From Candidatus Scatosoma sp. (GTDB lineage Bacteria; Bacillota; Clostridia; Christensenellales; Borkfalkiaceae), in assembly GCA_045533485.1 (NCBI GenBank), contig JAZSHX010000019.1, positions 8,300-72,299 on the forward strand: a stretch of 64,000 nucleotides of DNA. The letters run 5' to 3'. The notes beneath the pieces are model-generated. The model searched no databases, was not told the DNA's origin, and saw only the letters and a program-made list of their open reading frames with translations. The position numbers and the translations under genes were made by a program. This document shows positions 51,562 through 59,893 of this stretch, piece by piece (position 1 is the stretch's first letter; each line of letters begins with the position of its first letter).

Positions 51562-52320
51562 TCACTTTTGTTCGGGGGTGGCGGCTACGGTGCATAAATA
51601 TACGCACTTTGCGCCTGCGCCTAAAAGCAGCTTTGCGCAGGCGTTGCCCGTCGCGCCCGTAGTGAGCAAATCGTCGACAAGCAGTATGCTTTTGCCCTTG
51701 CAAAATTTGCGTTTGTGAACGTGGTATGCGCCCTCCGCGTTTTTAAAGCGTTCGGCGGCGGATAGGTGCTTTTGCATATATTCGTCGCGGCGTTTCAACA
51801 GCGTTTGCGTATCCAGCGTGCATGCTATCCCTGCGTTTTGCAGGGCGCGATGCAGGGAAATTGCCAGCTCTTCCGCTTGGTTGTAGCCGCGCTCCTTTTG
51901 CCGTTTTTCCGTCAAAGGCACGGGCAAAAGCAGCCACTGAGTTTGTTGCATTTCGCTTAAAGAAAGCTTGTCTATCAGCGTTTTACAAAGCGCTTCGCCA
52001 AAGTACCACGAAAGGTAGCGTTTGCCGTTTTTGAAGCCGTTGAGCGTTTGCGCCGCCAGTCCTTCGTAAGGAAAAGCGGAAAAGGCGGCGGTAAAGCTTG
52101 GCAGGTTGCTTTTGCAGGCAAGGCACGCGCCGTCCGTCACCACTGCCCTGCCGCATTTGGGACAGGTTTTGCCGTCGTTTTTTACAAGCAAGCCGTCGCA
52201 CTCTTGACAAATACGGTGAGTGGGATAATCGAACAGCTCCGCGCCGCAAATATCGCAGGTGTAGCCGCGCGCGGACGCTTTTTCACGCAGGCGGTTGAGC
52301 CATTTGGTGAGTTTAGACAC
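51562..52320 (-). CDS. comFC: ComF family protein (ComFC-like phosphoribosyltransferase fold)
   Basis: N-terminal Cys clusters (CDICG..CQEC, CPKCG..CLAC) and C-terminal PRTase motif ILLVDDLLTTGAT. Confidence 0.86.
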   Translation of the reverse strand: MSKLTKWLNRLREKASARGYTCDICGAELFDYPTHRICQECDGLLVKNDGKTCPKCGRAVVTDGACLACKSNLPSFTAAFSAFPYEGLAAQTLNGFKNGKRYLSWYFGEALCKTLIDKLSLSEMQQTQWLLLPVPLTEKRQKERGYNQAEELAISLHRALQNAGIACTLDTQTLLKRRDEYMQKHLSAAERFKNAEGAYHVHKRKFCKGKSILLVDDLLTTGATGNACAKLLLGAGAKCVYLCTVAATPEQK

Positions 52321-52323
52321 AAT

Positions 52324-53298
52324 TTACTCCCCTTGCGCGGATTGCGTTTGTTGCGCTTTTTCCGCGTCTTTTTTGCGTTCGTATTTGACAAGCGCGTACG
52401 CGCCGATAACGCCAAGCGCAAACAGCACTACGCCCAAAATCAAATCGTACACGACGACGCCGTTTTGCGCCCAAGCGGTGTACACGGCAAGCATATCGCC
52501 ATTGCAAAACATAGCGAAAATAGAGCCAAGCGACAAGCCGACAATCATACAATAGGCGGTGATGCGAGATTTTGCGAATACGCGCGTGAGCAGGTTGGAA
52601 AGCAATAAAATACCGCCGAAAAAGCCGACCGCCAAGCCGCTGTATATCAAGAAAATAGCGGGGTTACTTTGCCAGTATGAAAAGCTGACGCTGTTGACCA
52701 GCGTTTGAAACCAGCCCACGGACATTAAAATGGCACTGGCGGAAAGTCCGGGGACGATTTGCGTTACGCCGCAAGCCGCGCCGATAAAAAGCGCCGCAAA
52801 CGGTTGCCAAATTTTTACCGCCATAAAGGTGTCCGCGTTTTGTTGCTCGGTAAATACGAACGCGCTTAAACAGCCCACCAACAAGGGAATAGCCAGCCCG
52901 ATAGCGAAAAGCAGTATGCGTTTTTTGGTCTTTTCCGCGGTCTTAATTTCCGCGAAAACTGCCGGAAACGCGCCGACCATAAGCCCTGCGAACAGGCAAA
53001 CGACGGCAAAGGGTAAAATGGCAATCAATTTTCTTACGGCGATAAAGCCAAGCAAAACACCTAATACGCCGCCGATGCCGATGGGCAGTAAAAATGCAAA
53101 GCATTTTTTGAACTGCTTAAACAGGTTGCCAAGCGCGTATAAAAACTGATCGTATAATTTGAAAATGATGGCGACGGTGGATCCGCTGATGCCCGGTACG
53201 ATCACCGCAAGACCGATGAAAAACCCAAGCAACGTGCTTTTGCACCACGTTTTTTTGTTGTATTTGATTAAGGCGATTTGTAAACTTTGTTCGTTCAT
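52324..53298 (-). CDS. DUF368 family polytopic membrane protein
   Basis: 324 aa, highly hydrophobic. Duplicated PG(I/L)S(G/A)S motifs (VPGISGSTVAII, VPGLSASAILM) typical of DUF368. Confidence 0.82.
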   Translation of the reverse strand: MNEQSLQIALIKYNKKTWCKSTLLGFFIGLAVIVPGISGSTVAIIFKLYDQFLYALGNLFKQFKKCFAFLLPIGIGGVLGVLLGFIAVRKLIAILPFAVVCLFAGLMVGAFPAVFAEIKTAEKTKKRILLFAIGLAIPLLVGCLSAFVFTEQQNADTFMAVKIWQPFAALFIGAACGVTQIVPGLSASAILMSVGWFQTLVNSVSFSYWQSNPAIFLIYSGLAVGFFGGILLLSNLLTRVFAKSRITAYCMIVGLSLGSIFAMFCNGDMLAVYTAWAQNGVVVYDLILGVVLFALGVIGAYALVKYERKKDAEKAQQTQSAQGE

Positions 53299-53464
53299 AT
53301 TCGTCTCCTTTTTCCTACCTTTCTATTATAGCCCAAAAAAAGCGTTAGGTCAACGGCTTATACGAATTTTTCCGCACTTTTTGCGGAAAATCGCTCAAAT
53401 CAGTCAATTTTCCGCCCTTTTTCGCATATACAATAGACTGTGACACGATATAAATTACGTCAAC

Positions 53465-54490
53465 GTGGGTGAAAATATGAATTACGTGAAAAAAATGTGT
53501 ATTTTACGGCAGTTAAAGCAAGGGTTTTCGGGGGATGGAAAAACGCTTTCGGGATTAGTCAAGATTGAACAGTACGGAAAAAATCTTGCCGTGGAAGTGT
53601 CTATCATCAATTTCGCGCCCCTTGCGCTGGGGGAATATTATTGCTTGCTTTCCGATGGGAAAGGCAAGACGGAAATGCTTGCCCTGCGCGGAAAAAGTAT
53701 TTTTAATATTTTGTCCGATTTGGATATTTCCCGCGGATTTTGCGCGGTGGTTTGCTACGTGAAAAACGACGTTGTGCCCATCGCGTACGGTATCAACGGC
53801 AACGGCGCGTATGACTGGAAAACCATACTCAACGCAACCCTGCCCCCCGTCTTTCCGCAAAAACAGGCACAAACACCGACGAAAATGCAGGTGCAGGAAC
53901 AGGCGATTACACAATCGGTTTTGCCTAAGCCGACCACGGTAGAAATTGCCGCAAAAAGCGATTACGATGACGAAGCGGTTGTGCAGGAAAATTATTTTAA
54001 GGAGCAAAAGGAAGATGGACAAGAGCTGTTTCAAGAAGCTGTCGGCGATGTACGTGCTGAAAGCGCAACTCAAAGCCAAGGAGAGAAAGAAGGGGCTGAC
54101 CTTGCGGAAAATGACGATGCTGACGACGTACGCCACCCGTTTAAGACGGACGGGGACGGATATTATCACGCGGTAAAGGCGGAAATTGACGAATTGTTTA
54201 GCTTGCACCCCAAGGACGATACGTTGAAAGACGCTTTTTCGTGCAGCGCGTGGGTGCGCGTGAAAGGGGAAGCGGAAGATCCCGAATATTTGGTGGGCGT
54301 TGTGTACGACGACGGCGCGGCGAAGTATATTTGCTATGCGCTCAAAGCGGACGATAAGGACAATCCGCCAACGGAAATCCGCGACGTTTGCACGTTTGTG
54401 CCCGTTTCCTGCTTGCAGGGCGCAAAAGGTTTTTTCGTTATTTTCCAAAGTGCCGCGACGGGTGAGTGCATAAAACCGCAAAAAATTTGA
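53465..54490 (+). CDS. hypothetical protein with two globular ends joined by an acidic low-complexity linker
   Basis: 341-aa ORF (GTG 53465, alternative ATG 53477). Its composition is normal, whereas the overlapping antisense ORF is R/F-rich. No recognisable motif. Confidence 0.65.
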   Translation: MGENMNYVKKMCILRQLKQGFSGDGKTLSGLVKIEQYGKNLAVEVSIINFAPLALGEYYCLLSDGKGKTEMLALRGKSIFNILSDLDISRGFCAVVCYVKNDVVPIAYGINGNGAYDWKTILNATLPPVFPQKQAQTPTKMQVQEQAITQSVLPKPTTVEIAAKSDYDDEAVVQENYFKEQKEDGQELFQEAVGDVRAESATQSQGEKEGADLAENDDADDVRHPFKTDGDGYYHAVKAEIDELFSLHPKDDTLKDAFSCSAWVRVKGEAEDPEYLVGVVYDDGAAKYICYALKADDKDNPPTEIRDVCTFVPVSCLQGAKGFFVIFQSAATGECIKPQKI

Positions 54491-54508
54491 TTTTTTGCTT
54501 GCATTTGC

Positions 54509-54537
54509 TTGACTTTCCACATACGCGCGTGTATACT
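54509..54537 (+). promoter_or_regulatory. sigma-A type promoter for the ECF S-component gene (TTGACT-17-TATACT)
   Basis: TTGACT 54509..54514, 17-nt spacer, TATACT 54532..54537. Confidence 0.5.
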
Positions 54538-54568
54538 TTATGGTATATTTTTATCACAAGGGTGGGTT

Positions 54569-55129
54569 ATGCAAAGGAAATACGCGCTTTTACAATATTC
54601 TTTGGCGAAACGGCTGACGTTTACCGCCGTGTTTGCCGCGCTTTGTTTTATCGGTACGTTTATCATCACTATCCCCTTGCCCAACGGATATTTTAACGTA
54701 GGCGACGTGTTCGTTTTGCTGTCGGGGTGGCTTTTAGGACCTATTTACGGCGCGATTGCCGCCGCCGTGGGAAGCGCGCTTGCCGACCTTTTAAGCGGTT
54801 TTGCCATTTATGCCCCTGCGACTTTTATTATCAAGGGCTTGGACGCGGCTATTGCGTGGCTGCTTTGGAAAACGGTTAAGCTGGTTTGGAAAAAGCAATC
54901 GCTCGACGCACTTTGCCGTGTTATTTCCGCCGTTGCCGCGGAAACGGTGATGGTGTTTGGATATTTTGTTTTTGAATGCGCGCTGTATTCGTTTGCCGGC
55001 GGCGCGGCTGCCCTTTTGGGTAATGCTATGCAAGGTGCGCTTTGCACCGTTTGCGCCGTTTTGCTTATTAGCGCGCTTTGCGTCGTACCGTCCGTTAAAA
55101 AATTGTTTCCGCCGTTAGACGACAAATAA
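54569..55129 (+). CDS. ECF transporter substrate-specific (S) component, substrate unknown
   Basis: ORF 54509..55129. Start at ATG 54569. About 6 TM helices. N-terminal pattern LTFTAVFAALCFIGTFI..IPLPNGYFNVGDVFVLLSG is typical of ECF S components. No riboswitch fits in the short leader. Confidence 0.75.
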   Translation: MQRKYALLQYSLAKRLTFTAVFAALCFIGTFIITIPLPNGYFNVGDVFVLLSGWLLGPIYGAIAAAVGSALADLLSGFAIYAPATFIIKGLDAAIAWLLWKTVKLVWKKQSLDALCRVISAVAAETVMVFGYFVFECALYSFAGGAAALLGNAMQGALCTVCAVLLISALCVVPSVKKLFPPLDDK

Positions 55130-55140
55130 TTTCTATACAA

Positions 55141-55183
55141 AAAAATTTCCACCCGATTTTGCAAAAAATCGGGTGGATTATTT
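55141..55183. terminator. bidirectional terminator between convergent genes
   Basis: CCACCCGATTTT / AAAATCGGGTGG 12-bp stem flanked by A- and T-runs. Confidence 0.72.
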
Positions 55184-55561
55184 TTACTTTTTAATACCAA
55201 AGAAATCGGGGTTGTCGCTTTGCCACTCTCTTTCCAGCATTTGCGCCGTCCATTGACGCACGTCGTTTATCGTTGCTTTGGAAAAGAAATGCTTGCGCTT
55301 AAACGCTTTGTATTCCTTTTTATACAGCTTGGTCAAATCGGGGAAAGCGTACTGACCGCCGCCGTAAAACATCAAATTCAGCTCATACCTGCCTGACGTT
55401 TCGCGGAAATCAAAGTAGTCTTTTCCACGGCGAAAACGGCAAATGTACACGCAGGACGAATCGCCGCCCTTTTCGTGGAAATATTCAAACGTGAAACCGC
55501 GTTCACTTAAAAACGCCGCGTTATACGCTTTGATCACGTCTGCCATAGCCATGGTTTGCAC
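55184..55561 (-). CDS. hypothetical protein (125 aa)
   Basis: ORF only. Ordinary composition, start uncertain (three in-frame ATGs at the N-terminus). Confidence 0.5.
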   Translation of the reverse strand: MQTMAMADVIKAYNAAFLSERGFTFEYFHEKGGDSSCVYICRFRRGKDYFDFRETSGRYELNLMFYGGGQYAFPDLTKLYKKEYKAFKRKHFFSKATINDVRQWTAQMLEREWQSDNPDFFGIKK

Positions 55562-55582
55562 TGCCGTTTCCCCCTTGTTTTG

Positions 55583-57412
55583 TTATTCGCTGAGCGTGGC
55601 TTTAATTCTTCGAATACCGCTTGCACACGACTGTTCTTTGGCGATTTTGAATTTACCCAAAACGCCCGTGCTTTCTACGTGCGGTCCACCGCAAATTTCC
55701 TTGGAAAATTCGCCGATTGTGTACGTTTTTACCTTTTCGCCGTACTTGCTTTCAAAAAGCCCCGTAAAGCCTTCCGCTTTCGCTTCTTCTAAAGAAACTT
55801 CTTTCATCACTACGGGCAGGTTTTGCGCAATCACTTCGTTGACCATATCTTCCACCGCTTTGATTTGTTCCGCGGTCATGGGTTGCGGATAGTTGAAATC
55901 AAAGCGCAATCTTTCTTCCGTGATGTTCGAACCCTTTTGGTTGACGTCGGGAGAAAGCACTTTTTTCAGCGCCGCGTGCAAAAGGTGCGTTGCCGTGTGT
56001 AATTTGGTGGTCGCTTCCTTGTGGTCAGCCAAACCGCAGGCAAATTTTTGTTCGCTGCCTGCTTTACTCTTGCTTTGGTGTTCTTCAAACGCCGCTTTGT
56101 AACCGTCTACGTCCACGTCCAAGCCGCGTTCTTTCGCCATTTCCGTGGTGATTTCCACGGGGAATCCGTAGGTGTCGTAAAGGTGGAACGCTTGCTTGCC
56201 GTTGATACGCGTTTCGGGCACGTACGCAGGGTCTTTTTGGCTCATAAACGCGTTCTTTCTTTCGATACCGTTGACGCACTTTTCAAATTCCTTCAAGCCC
56301 TGTTGCAAGGTTTTGTTGAATTTTGCTTCTTCTTTATTGAGTTCTTCCGCTATCTTGTCGCGGTTGATATCCAGTTCGGGATATACGCTCTTATATTCTT
56401 CGATGAACGCCGCGGAAATTTTCGCCAAGCTGCCTTCGGGTAAGTCGATTTTTCTGCCGAAACGCACGGCACGGCGAATAATACGGCGCAAAATGTAGCC
56501 TTGGTCGGTGTTGGAAGGTACGATACCCTTTTCGTCGCCAAGCATAAAGGTTGCCGTTCTGGTGTGATCCAAAAGCACGCGGAACGCCTTGGTCACTTCT
56601 TCGCTTTCGCCGTAGTGCTTACCCGTCAGCTCTTCAATCGCTTTGATGGCGTTTTCAAACACGTCCGTTTCGTACACGCTGGATTTGCCGTTCAAAACGC
56701 AAAGCGCGCGTTCTAAGCCCATACCCGTGTCTACGTTCTTTTGCGAAAGTTCGGTAAAGCTGCCGTCCGCTTGCTTGTTAAAGCGCATAAATACGTCGTT
56801 CCAAATTTCAAGGAACGCGCCGCAGTTGCAATCGGGGTTACAGGTAGGCGAACATTTGGGCTTACGGATAACGAACATTTCCGTGTCCGTGCCGCAAGGA
56901 CCGGTCAAGCCGGCAGGTCCCCACCAGTTGTTTTCACGGGGCATAAAATAGATATTTTCCTTTTTAATCCCTGCTTTTTCCCAAAGCGCCGCCGCTTCGT
57001 CGTCACGGGGAATCGTATCGTCGCCGCCAAATACCGTCACCGCGATTTGGTCGGAAGGAATATTCAAATAGTCCTTACCCGTCAAAAATTCATAGCTCCA
57101 AGGAATCATTTCTTCCTTAAAATAATCGCCAAGCGACCAGTTGCCAAGCATTTCGAAGAAGGTACAGTGTCTTTCGTCACCCACTTCGTCGATATCACCC
57201 GTGCGCACGCATTTTTGCACGTCCGTCAGGCGGTTGCCTGCAGGGTGCTTTTCGCCCAAAAGATAAGGCACGAGCGGGTGCATACCAGCCGTAGTGAAAA
57301 GTACGGTGGGATCGTTTTCGGGAATCAAGGACGCCGACGGAATTACTTTATGGCCTTTGTCCTTGAAAAAATTGAGATACATTTCTCTTAAATTTTGTCC
57401 GGTATATTTCAT
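55583..57412 (-). CDS. alaS: alanine--tRNA ligase, short form lacking the C-Ala domain
   Basis: 609 aa. AlaRS catalytic core (FTTAGMHPLVPY, FEMLGNWSLGDYFK) and editing-site motifs HTATHLLH and CGGPHV. The protein ends just after GIRRIKA. Confidence 0.88.
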   Translation of the reverse strand: MKYTGQNLREMYLNFFKDKGHKVIPSASLIPENDPTVLFTTAGMHPLVPYLLGEKHPAGNRLTDVQKCVRTGDIDEVGDERHCTFFEMLGNWSLGDYFKEEMIPWSYEFLTGKDYLNIPSDQIAVTVFGGDDTIPRDDEAAALWEKAGIKKENIYFMPRENNWWGPAGLTGPCGTDTEMFVIRKPKCSPTCNPDCNCGAFLEIWNDVFMRFNKQADGSFTELSQKNVDTGMGLERALCVLNGKSSVYETDVFENAIKAIEELTGKHYGESEEVTKAFRVLLDHTRTATFMLGDEKGIVPSNTDQGYILRRIIRRAVRFGRKIDLPEGSLAKISAAFIEEYKSVYPELDINRDKIAEELNKEEAKFNKTLQQGLKEFEKCVNGIERKNAFMSQKDPAYVPETRINGKQAFHLYDTYGFPVEITTEMAKERGLDVDVDGYKAAFEEHQSKSKAGSEQKFACGLADHKEATTKLHTATHLLHAALKKVLSPDVNQKGSNITEERLRFDFNYPQPMTAEQIKAVEDMVNEVIAQNLPVVMKEVSLEEAKAEGFTGLFESKYGEKVKTYTIGEFSKEICGGPHVESTGVLGKFKIAKEQSCASGIRRIKATLSE

Positions 57413-57447
57413 AGATAGTTACCTGCTTTGTTGTAAATTTCTTTTCT

Positions 57448-57476
57448 ATTATATATCGGTATATATATTTTGTCAA
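57448..57476 (-). promoter_or_regulatory. sigma-A type promoter for alaS (TTGACA-17-TATAAT)
   Basis: -35 at 57471..57476, 17-nt spacer, -10 at 57448..57453. The leader is only about 30 nt, with no room for a T-box. Confidence 0.55.
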
Positions 57477-57562
57477 GTAAACGCACGCAAAATACAAAAA
57501 AATACGGGGAATTTTCGTTACCTTACCACCGATAAGCGTAGCGTGTATTCAGTTTTCCAAGG

Positions 57563-57590
57563 CATAAAAAAAGCCGACTGCGGTCGGCTT
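57563..57590 (-). terminator. terminator of the GH28-like gene
   Basis: AAGCCGAC / GTCGGCTT stem with T-runs on both strands. Confidence 0.8.
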
Positions 57591-57597
57591 TTTTCTT

Positions 57598-59121
57598 TTA
57601 TTTTACCGTTAAAACGCTTTCGGGAACTCCGCTTAACGTAATCCCCATTTCGTCTTTCGTAAGCTTTTTACCATTCAAGACAACGTTTTCCACTTTTATG
57701 TTTGCAAAATATGCCGTGTCTACGTAATTGCTAATCGCCATACGGGCACACTTGCTGCCGCACGTAGCCATGATCTTTTCATCGGCGTATATCGTGATAT
57801 CTTTCACCGTGATATCGTGTACGCTGGCGTAATTTTTATCGCTTTTAGGCAAGCCCAACTGCATTTCCTTTACAAAGCCTTGATAGATGGCTTGATCTCG
57901 AAAACGACGGTTCTTGATGTTCAAAAATTCCGATATCTTCACTTGGTCTTGCGCCGTATACACCTGCTCGTCCGTGTGTTGATACACTTCCGCCGTGTAA
58001 AAGCTTTCCAGCTCCAAACGGATATTTTCAAAGGTAATATCGTGTACCTCAGCACAATCGCCGTTGGCAATATCACACGCCACCGCAGCACCGCGGATAA
58101 CGTCGCAATTTCGAAACGTAATATTTTTGTACTCACAACACATCGTTTCCAGCCCGATTTCGCACGTTTTACCCCAGTCGCACCAAAGCACGCAATTCTC
58201 AAACAGCATATCCGTGCAGTTTGTTTCCCAGTACCTATCAATCCCTTTCACGGTAATGCTATCATCAAAAGAGTGTATAAAGGAATTTTTTATGGTGATG
58301 CGTTGGCTATTCACCAAATCGGCGCCGTCCGCATTATACCGCCATTGCCCAAATACGTTGATACCGTCAATGTCCACGTCAAAACAATGGAAAACATTGA
58401 TACACCAAATAGCGGAATTTGTAAACCCAACGCCTTGGATTTTTACGTTTTGACAATCGTACAACTTCAAATTACCGTTGGTGTACGGTTCATAATCGGC
58501 TTTGCCACAAAAACGTTCTTCACCGCTATCATCGAAAATACCGTTGCCGTAGATATGGATATTTTCCGCGTTCTCCGCAAAAATACAGCCGTATACGTAC
58601 GCGTCTTTTTCTAAGTACACACTCTCATTCGATTTGAGCGTAATCTTTCCTGGAAAGTGCACACCCTTGTCAAAATAATAGGTGACGCTTTCTTTGTTTT
58701 CACAAGGCACGGGCTTGTTATTAAAGATGTACAAACAGCCGTGATAATCATCAAGCTCCAACACGTACCCACCGCTTTCTTTGAGCGTGAACGCAACTCT
58801 GCCCCCGTCCTTTTGCATTTTTACGTTTTTGGAATAGGGCTTTAACAGTATTTTTTTATACGCTGTTTTTGTGAGCGGCTCTACTTCAATTTTAATCTCT
58901 TCGTCGGAAATCAAATTGACAAACGATGCCCTTTCCGTTTGCGCTACGGGACGTTGAAATCCCGGCCAAACCCTGTTAAAAGGATAAGCCGAAATACGGC
59001 AGGTATAAACGGGCACTTCTTGTCCGTTCACGTATACTTTATAATCGGCGGAAATGCTTGGTGTGTTACAAAGAAAATTTGACTTTGTCCATTCGTGCTT
59101 AAACGTGGAAAAAGTAACCAT
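57598..59121 (-). CDS. right-handed beta-helix glycoside hydrolase, GH28-like
   Basis: 507 aa. NADGADL and SFDDSITVKG resemble the GH28 NTDG and DD motifs. Repetitive I/V-x-N-x beta-helix pattern. No signal peptide. Confidence 0.7.
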   Translation of the reverse strand: MVTFSTFKHEWTKSNFLCNTPSISADYKVYVNGQEVPVYTCRISAYPFNRVWPGFQRPVAQTERASFVNLISDEEIKIEVEPLTKTAYKKILLKPYSKNVKMQKDGGRVAFTLKESGGYVLELDDYHGCLYIFNNKPVPCENKESVTYYFDKGVHFPGKITLKSNESVYLEKDAYVYGCIFAENAENIHIYGNGIFDDSGEERFCGKADYEPYTNGNLKLYDCQNVKIQGVGFTNSAIWCINVFHCFDVDIDGINVFGQWRYNADGADLVNSQRITIKNSFIHSFDDSITVKGIDRYWETNCTDMLFENCVLWCDWGKTCEIGLETMCCEYKNITFRNCDVIRGAAVACDIANGDCAEVHDITFENIRLELESFYTAEVYQHTDEQVYTAQDQVKISEFLNIKNRRFRDQAIYQGFVKEMQLGLPKSDKNYASVHDITVKDITIYADEKIMATCGSKCARMAISNYVDTAYFANIKVENVVLNGKKLTKDEMGITLSGVPESVLTVK

Positions 59122-59132
59122 ACCACACCTCC

Positions 59133-59798
59133 TTATATCAACGTGGACAACGCTTTGAAAATTGCTTTTGCGATTTCTTCCATACCCGCATCGCTGGGAT
59201 GCGCCGCAACGCCTTTATGTTCAAAAAGCCCCAACGCCATGTTTTTTTCATCCACCGCAAACGCGCAATCTATACAAATATCGCCGCGTTCCTTTGCGTA
59301 TGATTGCAATATTTTTTCCATAAACCCATTTTTCCAAAAGGTCGTGGTGAAAATTACCTTGCTTTGCGCAGGACAAATATATTCGATAAAGTTTTTCAAG
59401 GCCTGCTCAAAAAACGGATAGTCCGCTTGACACACGTTTTCCCCCAAACGGAAGATAACGACGTCTGCTTGAAAATCTTTATCTTCTTGATAATCAAGCA
59501 AACAATCTTCTTGCGTAAATCCCCTTTCCCATGCAGAAGCATGCCGTACGCGCAACAACACGTCCCTTCCGCTTGCTTTAAGCATCGCAAATAAGCGGTG
59601 TACGTAATCCTTTTCAGGTGCACTCGCCGCCATGCCGTGGTCGTGAATCCAACCGATTTCAGGTTTTGGGCCGTGGCGCGTAATAGAATTGCCAACGATT
59701 AAAATGCGTGTCTTTGCGTTTTGATTGCCATAATAACTAACCATCGCCGACGCTTTCACTTGATTGTCCGCCGCAACGGTGTTTACAATTTTTGTCAT
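59133..59798 (-). CDS. SGNH/GDSL family hydrolase (esterase)
   Basis: ORF 59133..59870. Start at ATG 59798 (AAGGAG upstream). Block I is ILIVGNSIT. No signal peptide. Confidence 0.8.
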   Translation of the reverse strand: MTKIVNTVAADNQVKASAMVSYYGNQNAKTRILIVGNSITRHGPKPEIGWIHDHGMAASAPEKDYVHRLFAMLKASGRDVLLRVRHASAWERGFTQEDCLLDYQEDKDFQADVVIFRLGENVCQADYPFFEQALKNFIEYICPAQSKVIFTTTFWKNGFMEKILQSYAKERGDICIDCAFAVDEKNMALGLFEHKGVAAHPSDAGMEEIAKAIFKALSTLI

Positions 59799-59893
59799 AA
59801 GCCGTCTCCTTGCATGCGTTACGTAAATTATAACACACACCGAAAAAGAAGTCTTGTCTTTTTTAAACATGTTGTTGTAAAAACTTGTGGTTT

